Below, piece after piece: positions 52,741-64,000 of a stretch of DNA of 64,000 bases. The position numbers and the translations under genes were made by a program. Within the stretch, counting starts at the first letter, position 1; every line of letters begins with the position of its first letter. Origin of the DNA: Octopus bimaculoides. Its lineage: Eukaryota. The stretch lies in contig NC_069001.1 of NCBI RefSeq assembly GCF_001194135.2, positions 39,814,593-39,878,592 of the forward strand, in the 5' to 3' direction. Below the pieces are notes generated by a model that searched no databases, had not been told where the DNA came from, and was given only the letters and a program-made list of their open reading frames with translations.

Positions 52741-55700
52741 GTATGTACCTGAGTTCGTTCGTTCATTCGTTCGTACGTACGTTCGTTCGGTCGTTCTTTC
52801 GATCGTTCGTTCGTTCGTTAGTTCTTTCTTTCGTTCATTCGTTGCTTCATTCGTACGTTCGTTCGTACGTACGTTGCTCGTTCTTTCGTTCGATCGTACG
52901 TACGTTTGTTCGTAAAATCGTTCGTTCGATCGTTCATACGTTCTTTCGTTTATTCGTTCTTTCGTTCGGTAATTCTCTCGTTCGTTCGTTTGTTCGTTAA
53001 TTCCTACGTTCTAACGTACGTATGTTCGTACGTACGTTGGCTCATTGGTTCGTTCGTTCGTTCGTTCGTACGTACGTAAGTTCGTTCGGTCGTTCGTAAG
53101 TACTTACGTTCGTTCAAACGTACGTTCATTCGTTCGTTCGGACATACGTACGTACGTCTGTCCGTTCGTTTGTACGCAAGTAGTTCGCTCGTTCATTCGT
53201 ACGTACTTTCCCTCGTTAGTTCGTTCGTTCTTGCGTTTGAACGTACGTTCGTTCGTTAATTCTGGCGTTCGTTCGCTCGTTCGTTCGTTCGTACACACGT
53301 ACGTTAGATCGTTCGTTCTTTCATTCGTTCGTACGTACTTACGTTCGTACTTTCGTTCATTCGTTCGCTCGTTCGTTCATTCGTACCTACTTACGTACGT
53401 TCGTTCGTTCTAACATACGTACGTACGTACATTCATTCGTTAGTTCGTTCGTTCGTACATACATACGTACGTACGTTTACTTGTTCATTCGTTCGTTCGT
53501 TAAGTCTTTCGTTCGTTCGTTAAGTCTTTCGTTCGTTCGTTAAGTCTTTCGTTCGTTCGTTCGTTGGTTCGTTTATCTGTTTATTCATTCGTTCCTTCGT
53601 ACGTACGTTAGTTCGATATTTCGTGCCTACGTAATACGTACGTTCGATCGTTCCTACGTATATTCTTTCGTTCAATCGTTCATTCGTTCGTTCGTTCATT
53701 CGTACGTACGTTCGTTTGTTCATTCGTACGTACTTACGTATGTACATAGTTACGTACGTTCGTTCGTTCGTTCGCTTGTTCGTACGTACGTACGTACGTT
53801 CGTTTATTCGTTTTTTTGTTTGATCGTTCGTTCCCTCGTTAGTTCTTTCGTTCGTTCGTTGGTACCTACGTATTTACGTACTTACATACGTTCGTCCGTT
53901 CCTTCGTACGTACGTACGCTCGTTCGTTTGTTCGTACGTTCGTTCGTACGTACGTTCGTTCGTTAGTTCTTTTGTTCGTTCGTTCGTACATACGTACGAA
54001 CGTTTCTTCGTTAATTCGTTCGTTCGTTCGTTCGTTAAGTCGTTCGTTCGTTTGTTCGTTCGTTCGTTCATTCGTTCGTTCGTTCGTTAAGTCGTTCGTT
54101 CGTTTGTTCGTTCGTTCGTACGTTCGTTCGTTTATTTGTTTATTCATTCGTTCCTTCGTACGTACGTTAGTTCGATATTTCGTGCCTACGTAATACGTAC
54201 GTTCGATCGTTCCTACGTATATTCTTTCGTTCAATCGTTCATCCGTTCATTCGTACGTACGTACGTTCGTTCGTTCTTACACACGTACGTTCGTTCATAC
54301 GTACGTGCGTTGGTTCGTTCGTTCTTACACACGTACGTACATGCGCTCGTTCTTTCGTTCGTTTGTTCGTACATACGCACGTACGTTTGTTCGTTCATTG
54401 TTTCGATCGTTCCTACGTACGTAATTCGTTCGTTCGTATTTACGTACTTTCGTACGTTCGTTCGTTCCTTCTTACGTACGTATGCTCGTTCGTTCGTTCG
54501 TACGTACGTACGTACGTTTGTTCGTTAATTCGTTTGTTCGAACGCTCGTACGTTCTTTCCTTCATTCGTTTTTCCGTTCGTTAATTCTTTCGTTTGTTCG
54601 TTCGTTCGTACGTATTTTCGTTGGTTTATTCGTTCGTTCGTTCGTATGTACGTACTTACGTACGTGCATAAGTACGTACGTTCGTTAGTTCGTTCGTTCG
54701 TACGTTCGTTCATTCGTCCCATCGTACGTACGTTCGTTCGATATTTCGTGCCTACGTAATACTTACGTACGTACGTTCGTTCGTTGGTTCGTACGTACAT
54801 ACGTTTGATCGTTCCTACGTATGTTCTTCCGTTCGTTTATTCCTTCGTACGTTCGTACGCTCGTTCTTTCTTTCGTACGTACGTACTTACCTTTATTCGT
54901 TAATTCGTTCATTCGATCGTTCGTACATTTTTTCGTTCCTTAATTCTTTCGTTCGTTCGCTCGTTCATTCGTTCGCTCGTTCGTTCACTCGTTCGTTCGT
55001 TCATTCGTTCGATCGATCATACGCATGTACGTACGTAAGTTCATTCGGTCGTTCGTTCGTACGTACTTACGTTTGTTCGATCGTTCGTTCGTTCGTACGT
55101 GCATACGAACGTTCTTTCGTTCGTACGTACGTATTTACGTTGTTTTGTACGTTCGTTCGTTCCTTCGTACGTACGTATGCACGTTCGTTCGTTCGTTCGT
55201 TCATTCGTTTGTTCATTCGTTCTTTCGTACGTACGTTCGTTCGATATTTCGTGCCTACGTAATACGTACGTACGTACGTTCGTTCGTTCGTTCGTTTGAT
55301 CGTTCGGTCATACCTACGTACGTTCGTTCGTTCGTTCCTTCGTTCATCCGTACGTACTTACGCAGGTGGTTTCGTTCGTACGTACGTACGTTTGTTCGTT
55401 AATTCGTTTATTGGATCGTTCGTACATTCTTTCGTTTATTCGTTCGTTAATTCTGTCGTTCGTTCGTTCGCTCGTTTGTTCGTTCGTATATACGTACGTT
55501 AGATCGTTCGTTCTTTCATTCGTTCGTACGTACTTACGTTCGTACTCACGTTCGTACGTATGTACGTTCGCACTTTCGTTCATTCGTTCGATCGTTCGCT
55601 CGTTTATTCGTTCTTTTGTTTGATCGTTCGTTCCTTCGTTAGTTTTTCGTTCGTTCGTTGGTACCTACGTATTTACGTACTTACATACGTTCGTCCGTTC

Positions 55701-58700
55701 CTTCGTACGTACGTTCGTTCGTTAGTTCTTTTGTTCGTTCGTTTCTTCGTTAATTCGTTCGTTCGATCTTTCGTTCGATCGTTCGTACGTTCTTTCGTTC
55801 ATTCGTTCGTTCGTTCATACGTACGTGCGTTCGTTCGTTCCTACGTACGTGCGTTCGTTCGTTCGTATGTACTTACGTTTCTTCGCTTGTTAGAACGTAC
55901 GTACGTACGTTCGTTCGGTCGTTCATCCGTTCGTTAGTTCGTTCATTCATTCGTTCATTCTTACGTACGTACGAACGTTCGTTCGTTCGTACGTACGTTT
56001 GCTCGTTCTTTCGTTCGTTCGTTCGTTAAATCTGTCTTTCGTTCGTTTGTTTGTTCGTTCGTTCGTTTATTTGTTTATTCATTCGTTCCTTCGTACGTAC
56101 GTTAGTTCGATATTTCGTGCCTACGTAATACGTACGTTCGATCGTTCCTGCGTATATTCTTTCGTTCAATCGTTCATCCGTTCGTTCGTTCATTCGTATG
56201 TACGTTGGTTCGTTCATTCGTACGTATTTACGTACGTACATAGTTACGTACGTTCGTTCGCACGTACGTACGTTCGTTTATTTGATCGTTCGTTACATCG
56301 TTAGTTCTTTCGTTCGTTCGTTCGTACCTACATATTTACGTACTTACATACGTTCGCCCGTTCGTACGTACGTACGTACGCTCGTTCGTTCGTTCGTTCG
56401 TTCGTTAGTTCTTTTGTTCGTTCGTACATACATACGAACGTTTCTTCGTTAATTCGTTCGTTCGTTCGATCGTTCTTTCGTTCATTCGTTCGTTCGTTCG
56501 TTAAGTCTTTCGTTCGTTCGTTCATTTATTTGTTTATTCATTCGTTCCTTCGTACGTACGTTAGTTCGATATTTCGTGCCTATGTAATACGTACGTTCGA
56601 TCGTTCCTACGTATATTCTTTCGTTCAATCGTTCATTCGTTCGTCCGTTCATTCGTACGTACGTACGTTCGTTCGTTCATTCGTTCTTACGTACGTACGT
56701 TCGTTCATACGCACGTGCGTTCGTTCGTTCCTTCGTTCATTCGTACGTACATACGCTCGTTCATTCGTTCGTACGTACGTACGTACGTTTGGTCGTTAAA
56801 TCGTTTATTCGATCGTTCGTACATTCCTTCGTTTATTCGATCTTTCGTTCGTTAATTCTTTCTTTCGTTCGCTCGTTACTTCGTTCGTTCGTTCGTTCGT
56901 TCGTACGCATGTACGTGCGTAAGTTCGTTCGTGTCGTATGTACTTACGTTTCTTCGATTGTTCGTACGTACGTACGCACGTTCGTTCGGTCGTTCATCCG
57001 TTCGTTAGTTCGTTCGTTCGTTCATTCTTACGTACGTACGAACGTTCGTACTTACGTATGTACGTTCGTTCTTTCGTTCCGTCGTTCGTTCGATCGCACG
57101 TACGTTCGTTCATTCAATCGTTCGTTCATTCGTTCGTTCGTACGTACGTTCGTTGGTTCGTTCGTACATACGTACGTACGTTTGTTCATTAATTCGTTCA
57201 TTCGTTCGTTCGTTCGATCGATCGTACGTACGTTCGTTCGTTCATTCGTACGTACATAGGTACGTACGTTCGTTCGTTCGTTCTTTCGTTCGCTTTTTCG
57301 TACGTTCGTTCTTTCGTTAGTTCTTTCATTTGTTCGTTCGTACATACGTATTTACGTACTTACTTACGTACGTACGTTCCTTCGTACGTACGTACGCTCG
57401 TTCGTTCGTACGTACGTTCGTTCGTTTGTTCGTACGTACGTGCGTACGTACTTTCGTTCGATCGTTCGTTCTTTCGTTTGTTCGTTCGTTCGTTCATACG
57501 TTTGTACGTACGTAAGTTCGTTCGGTCATTCGTACTTTCGCACGTACTTACGAAAATTCGATCGTTCGTTCGTTCGTACGTACGTTCGTTCGTTCATTCT
57601 TTCGTACGTAGGTACGTTCGTTCATTCGTTCGGTCATTCGTACGTACGTTCGTTCGTTAATTCATTCGTTCCTTCGTTTGTTCGTTCTTTCGTACGTACG
57701 TTCGATCGTACGTACATACGTTCGTTCGTTCGATCCTTCGTTCGTTCCTTCATTGGTTAGATCGTTCGTTCTTTCATTCGTTCGTACGTAATTACGTTCG
57801 TACTCACGTTCGTACGTACGTACGTTCGTACTTTTTTCATTCGTTCGATCGTTCGTTCATTCATTCGTACCTACGTACCTACTTACGTGCGTTCGTTCGT
57901 TCTTACATACGTACGTACGTACGTTCATTCGTTAGTTCGTTCGTATGTACGTACGTACGTTTGCTCGTTGTTTCGTTCGTACGTTCGTTCATTCATTCGT
58001 TCGTTTGTTCGTTAAGTCTTTCGTTCGTTCGTTTATTTGTTCGTTCCTTCGTACGTACGTTAGTTCGATATTTCGTGCCTACGTAATACGTACGTTCGAT
58101 CGTTCCTACTTATATTCTTTCGTTCAATCGTTCATTTGTACGTACGTACGTTCGTTCGTTCATTCGTTCTTACGTTGGTACGTTCGTTCATACGTACGTG
58201 CGTTCGTTCGTTCGTTCATTCGCACGTACATACACTCGTTCTTTCGTTCGTACGTACGTTTGTTCGTTAAATCGCTTATTTGATCGTTTGTACATTCTTT
58301 CGTTTTTTCGTTCTTTCGTTCGTTAATTGTTTCTTTCGTTCGCTCATTACTTCGTTCGTTCGTTAGTTCGCTCGATCGTTCATACGCATGTACGCGCGTA
58401 AGTTCGTTCGTTCGTATGTACTTACGTTTCTTTGATTGTTCGCACGTACGTACGTACGTTCGGTCGTTCATCCGTTCGTTAGTTCGTTCGTTCATTCTTA
58501 CGTACGTACGAACGTTCGTTCGTTCGTACTTACGTATGTACGTTCGTTCTTTCGTTCCGTCGTTCATTCGATCGCACGTACGTTCGTTCATTCAATCGTT
58601 CGTTCTTTCGTTCCGTCGTTCATTCGATCGCACGTACGTTCGTTCATTCGTTCGTTCGTACGTACGTTCGTTCGTACATACGTACGTACGTTTGTTCGTT

Positions 58701-61700
58701 AATTCGTTCGTTGGATCCTTCGTTCGAACGTTCGTTCGTTCTTTCGTTCATTCGTTCGTTCATTCGCACGTACGTACGTACATAGTTACGTACGTTCTTT
58801 CGATCGCTTTTTCGTACGTACGTACGTACGTTCTTTCGTTTGATCGTCCGTTCCTTCGTTAGTTCGTTCGTACCTATGTATTTACGTACTTACCTACGTT
58901 CGTCCGTTCCTTCGTACATACGTACGCTCGTTCGTTCGTTTGTTCGTACGTACTTTCGTTTGTTCGTTCGTTCGTTCATACATATCTACGTACGTAAATT
59001 CGTTCGGTCATTCGTACGTACGTTCGTTCGTTCGTTAATTCATTTGTTCCTTCGTTTGTTCGTTCTTTCGTTCCTCCTTTCATTCGTTAGTATCTACGTA
59101 AGTACGTATATACGTTCGTTCGTTCGTACATATGTACGTTCGTTCGTTCATACGTACGTTCGTACGTACGTTCATTCGTTCGATCCTTCGTTCGTTCCTT
59201 CATTGGTTAGATCGTTCGTTCGTTCGTTCGTTTGTACGTACTTACGTTCGTACTTTCGTTCATTCGTTCGATCGTTCGCTCGTTCGTTCGTTCATTCGTA
59301 CCTACGTACCTACTTACGTACTTTCGTTCGTACGTACGTTTGCTCGTTCTTTCGTTCGCACGTACGGACGTATGTACACGAGTTCGTTTGTTCGAACGTA
59401 CATACGTGCGTATGTTGGCTCGTTCGTTTGTTCGTACTTATGTACGTAAGTACGTACGTTCGTTCGTTATTTCATATGTTCGTTCGTTCGTACGTCCGTA
59501 CGAACGTAGGTTCGTTCGTTTATTCGTACGTCCGTTCGTTCGCTCGTTCGTACGTACTTGCGTCCGTATCTTCGTTCGTTCGTTCGCATGTACGTACGTA
59601 CGTTCGTTCGTTCGTTCGTACGTTCGTTTGTACGTACGTTCGTTCGTTAGTTCAATCGTTCATGCGCATGTACGTACGTAAGTTCGTTTGGTCGTTCGTT
59701 CGTACGTACTCTCGTTTCTTCGATCGTTTTTTCGTTCGTACGTACGTATGTTCCTTCTTCCGTTCGTTCGTTCGTTGATTCTTACGTACGTACGAACGTT
59801 CGTTCTTTCGTTCGTTCGTACATAGGCACGTACGTTTGTTCGTTAATTCGTTCGTTCGTTCTTTCTTTTGTTAGTTAATTCTTTCGTTCGTTCGTTTGTA
59901 CGTACGTTCGTTCGTTCGTCCATTCGTACGTACGTAAATAGGTACTTCGTTCGTTCGTTCATTCGTTCGTTCGTTCGATCGTTCTTTCGTTCGATCGTTC
60001 GTTCGTTCGTTCTATCGTTCGTTGGTTGGTACGTATGTACGCTCGTTCGTTCTTTCGTTCGTTCAATCGTTCGTTCGTTCGTTTGTTCTTTCGTTCGTTC
60101 GTTCATTCGATCCTTCGTTCGTTAAGTCTTTCGTTTGTACGTTCGTTCGTTCGTTTGTTCTTTCGTTCGTACGTACATTTGTTCGTTCATTCGTACGTCC
60201 GTACTTCCGTACGGACGTACATAGGTACGTACGTTCGTTCGTTCGTTCGCTTGTTCGTTCGTTCTTCCGTTCGATCGGTCGTTCCTTCGTTAGTTCTATC
60301 GTTCATTCGTTCGTACCTACGTATTTACGTAAGTTCGTCCGTTCCTTCGTACGTACGTACGCTCGTTCGGTTGTTTGTTCGTACGTACGTTCGTTCGTTA
60401 GTTCTTTCGTTCGTTCGTTCGTTCGTTCATACGTATGTACGTACGAAATTTCGTTCGTTCCTTCTTACGTACGTACGTACGTTCGTTTGTACGTTCGTTC
60501 GTTCCTCCTTTCGTTCGTTAGTATGTACGTAAGTGCGTATGTACGTTCGTTCTTTCGTACGTACGTACGTTCATTCGTTCGATCGTTCATTCATACGTAC
60601 GTACGTACCTTCGTTCGTTCGGACGTACTTATGTACATACTCACGTTCGTACTTTCGTTCGATCGTTCGCTCGTTCGTTCATTCGTACCTACCTACCTAC
60701 TTACGTACGTTTGTTCGTTCGTTCCTACGTACGTACGTTCATTCGTACGTAATTACGTACATACGCACGTTCGTTCGTATGTACGTAGTTCGTACTTTCG
60801 TTCGTTCGTTCATTCGTACCTACTTATGTACGTTCGTTCTTTCTTACATACGTACGTACGTACTTTCATTCGTTCGTTCGTTTGTTCTATCGGTTGTACT
60901 TACGTACGTACGTTCGTTCGTTCGATCGTTCGTTCGTTCAATCGTTTGTTCGATCGTTAATTCATTCGTTCCTACGTACGTTCGTTCGTTTCTTCGTACG
61001 TACGTACTTTTGTTCGTTCGTTGGTTCTTTAGTTTTTTCGTTCCTTCGTTTGTTTTTTCGTTCGTTCGTTCGTACGTTCGTATTTAGGTACTTTTGTACG
61101 TTCGTTCGTTCTTTCGTACGAACGTATGCTCGTTCGTTCGTTCATACGTACGTGCGTCTGTTCGTTAATTCGAACGTTCGTACGTTCTTTCGATTTTTGT
61201 TCGTTAATTCTTTCGTTCATTCGTACGTTCTTTCATTCGTTCCTTCGTACGTACGTTCGTTCGATATTTCGTGCCTACGTAATACGTACGTACGTACGTT
61301 CGATCGTACCTACGTACATACGTTTGTTCATTCGTACGGACGTACGTTCGATCGTTCCTACGTATGTTCTTTCGTTCAATCGTTCATTCGTTCGTTCGTT
61401 CATTCGTTCTTACGTACGTACGTTCGTTTGTACGTTCGTGCGTTCCTTCGTTCATTCGCATGTACATACTCTCGTTCTTTCGTACGTGCGTACGTTTGTT
61501 CGTTAATTCGATCGTTCGTACTTTCTTTCGTTTATTCGTTCGTTAATTCTTTCGTTCGTTAGCTCGTTCCTTCGTTCGTTCGCATGTACTTACGTTTCTT
61601 CGATCGTTCGTTTGTTCGTACGTACGTTCGTTCGGCCGTTCTTCCGTTCGTTCATTCTTACGTACGTACGAACATTCGTTCGTTCTTACTTACGTATGTA

Positions 61701-62565
61701 CGTTCGTTCTTTCGTTCCGTCGTTCGTTCGTACGTACGTTCCTTCGTTCGTTCGTACATACGTACGTACGTTTGTTCGTTAATTCGTTCGTTCGATCGGT
61801 CGTTCTTTCGTTCATTAATTCCTTCGTTCGTTCGTACGTTTGTTCATTCGTTCCTTCGTACCTACGTTCGTTCGATATTTCGTGCCTACGTAATACGTAC
61901 GTTCGTTCGTTCGATCGTACCTACGTACGTACGTTCGTTCGTTCCTTCGTACTTACATACGCTCGTTCTTTCGTCCGTACGTACGTTTGTTCGTTAATTC
62001 GTTTATTCGATCGTTCGTTTGTTCGGACGTACGTACGTACGTTCGGTCGTTCTTCCGTTCGTTCGTTCATTCTTACGTACGTACTAACGTTCGTTCGTTC
62101 ATTGAATCGTTCGTTCGTACATACGTATTTACGTACGTTCGTCCGTTGGTTCGTTCGTTAGTTCTTCCGTTCGTTCATACGTATGTACGTACGTAAGTTC
62201 GTTCGGTCGTTCGTACGTACTTACGTTTGTTCGATCGTTCGTTCGTTCTTTCTTACGTACGTAGGTACGTTCGTTCATTCGTTCGTTCTTTCCTTTCCCC
62301 TTTCTTTCGTTAGTATTTACGTAAGTACGTATATACGTTTGTTCGTTCGTACGTACGTATGTTCATTTGTTCGATCCTTCGTTCGTTCGTTCATTCGTAC
62401 GTACGTACCTTGGTTCGTTCTTTCATTCGTTCGTCCGTACTTACGTTCGCTCGTTCATTCGTACCTACTTACGTACGTTCTTTCGTTGTTACATACGTAC
62501 GTACGTTCATTCGTTGTTACATACGTACGTACGTTCATTCGTTCGTACGTACGAACAAACGAACG
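52741..62565 (+). repeat. ~9.8-kb degenerate (CGTT/CGTA)n tetranucleotide satellite with higher-order repeats
   Basis: Continuous TTCG/TACG 4-nt periodicity, with a landmark GATATTTCGTGCCTACGTAATAC present nine times. Confidence 0.95.
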
Positions 62566-63105
62566 GCGCCAGGCACGTTCTTTAACGAACGAACGTGCCT
62601 TGCGACGTCAGGCACGTTCTTGTGGTTCCAGGCACGTTATTGCGACGTCAGGCACGTTCTTGCAACCCCAGGAACATACGTATGGTTCCGGGCACGTACT
62701 AAGTGCCCCATCTACGTAATTGCTGCCTCGGACACATTCTTGCGGCGCTAGGCACGTTCTATTGACCCCTAAAACGTACTTGGAGCCGCAGGCACATTTT
62801 TGCGGCACCAGGTACGTTCTTGCGGTTCTAGGAACGTTATTTCAGCCCCAGGCACGTTCTTGCGGCGTAAGGCACGTTCTAGAGACGCCAGGCACGTTCC
62901 TGCGGCCCCAGGCACGTTCTTGTAGCCCTACACATGTTTTTGCAGCGCGAGGCACGTTCTTTCGCCGCCGGGAACTTACTTATTGCCCCGGGCACGTTCT
63001 TGCGGCGCGAGGCACGTTCTATCAACCTCGGAATCGTACTTGCGGTCGAAAGCACGTTCTTGCGACGCCAGGCACGTTCTTGCGGCTCCAGACACGATCC
63101 AAGAA
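62566..63105 (-). repeat. 20-bp minisatellite in inverted orientation, right arm
   Basis: CCAGGCACGTTCTTGC units with a 20-nt period, the reverse complement of the left arm. Confidence 0.9.
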
Positions 63106-63520
63106 ACGTAAGTACGTACTAACGAACGACCGAACGAACTTACGTACGTACATACGTATGAACGAACGAACGAAAGAACGCACGAACGATCGAACAAACG
63201 TACGTACGTACGAGCGTGCGTACGTACGAAGGAACGAACGAACGTACGAAAGTACGTAAATACGCTGCAAGAATGTGCCTAGGGTCACAAAAAAGTGTCT
63301 GGAAGCGCAACAACGGGCCTGGAACCGCAAGAACGTGCCTGGCGTCGCAAGAACGTGCCCGGTGTCCCAAGAACATACTACTAAATGCCTGGCACCCTAG
63401 CGACTCCAGGCGCGTTTTTGCAACGTCGATAGTACGTGCCTGGCGCCGCAAGAACGTGCCTAGAGCTACAAGAACGTGCCTGTGGCCGCAGGAACGTGCC
63501 TGGCGTCGCAAGAACATACT
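63106..63520. repeat. Inverted (AACG/TACG)n segment (63106-63262) followed by a forward 20-bp array (63263-63520)
   Basis: GAACGAACG tract is the reverse complement of array sequence near 62170-62225, then CAAGAACGTGCCTGG units follow. Confidence 0.85.
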
Positions 63521-63829
63521 ACTATATGAGCAGCCACACACACTGTTTAACTCAGTACACATACCATCATGCACACAATACCTGAACACAGACAATATAT
63601 GCACACATACACCTGCAACACACGCACAATATTTGGTCACAGATACACATGTGCACACACCACTTGAAAAGACACACATCAACTGCCACACACACACACA
63701 CCATTCTCACATACACATACTTGCGCACCGTTCGTTGGGATCACCATTATTATCTCTCTTTCATTCAACCTCTTTGTTTTTTTTCTCTAGTCATATGCCA
63801 TGTTGGACCACTTAATGTTATTTTCTCTC

Positions 63830-63985
63830 TTCATTTTTTCTCACTTATTCCTTTTTGTCAAAGAGTGTAGGCATGAAACGTGAAAGACTTTCCCATTTTT
63901 CCTGAGCATTAAAACTAATACATTTTCTTGTTGTTCCTGCACCTGTCTGTCTTTTGTTTTTCTGTAAATCTGAACTATATATATA
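63830..63985 (+). mobile_element. Second, degenerate copy of the Penelope-type repeat at 21730-21900
   Basis: AAGAGTGTAGGCATGAAACGTGAAAGACTTTCCC...CTGAGCATTAAAACTAATACA...CACCTGTC aligns with the reverse complement of 21740-21840. Confidence 0.6.
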
Positions 63986-64000
63986 TATATATATATATAT

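Noticed and set aside
52740-62800. Dozens of RSFV- or NERT-rich ORFs, up to 312 aa
   Set aside because: They follow automatically from 4-nt CGTT periodicity (codons CGT TCG TTC GTT contain no stops) and appear in all frames with no protein-like complexity.
52386-63520. 20-bp repeats as a CRISPR array
   Set aside because: The units are contiguous with no unique spacers, the context is eukaryotic and there are no cas genes.

Overview
AT-rich, microsatellite-dense eukaryotic DNA with N-gaps. The repeat families and assembly style suggest an invertebrate, most likely an octopus or other cephalopod draft assembly (inference). Positions 1-32 kb hold the 3' end of a CaV2-type voltage-gated calcium channel alpha-1 gene (cacophony/UNC-2/CACNA1A-B like). 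Six phase-compatible exons (30-142, 1132-1249, 5548-5649, 10507-10632, 17419-17734, 30993-31864) encode the cytoplasmic C-tail, which ends in an RxLPxxP SH3 ligand and a DDWC PDZ ligand. Several candidate alternative exons are also present, including a possible alternative last exon lacking DDWC. The introns carry remnants of Penelope, Tc1/mariner, Helitron, RTE and L1-like elements, plus SINEs, MITEs and a Penelope-type minimal hammerhead-like motif. Near 50 kb there is a promoter-like region with an RFX X-box and a 171-bp MITE with 43-bp TIRs. The most unusual structure is an ~11-kb foldback-like element at 52.4-63.5 kb. It is a ~9.8-kb CpG-saturated (CGTT/CGTA)n array with internal higher-order repeats, bracketed by inverted arrays of a 20-bp unit. 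Almost all ORFs in the supplied track are artefacts of microsatellites, gaps or this array.
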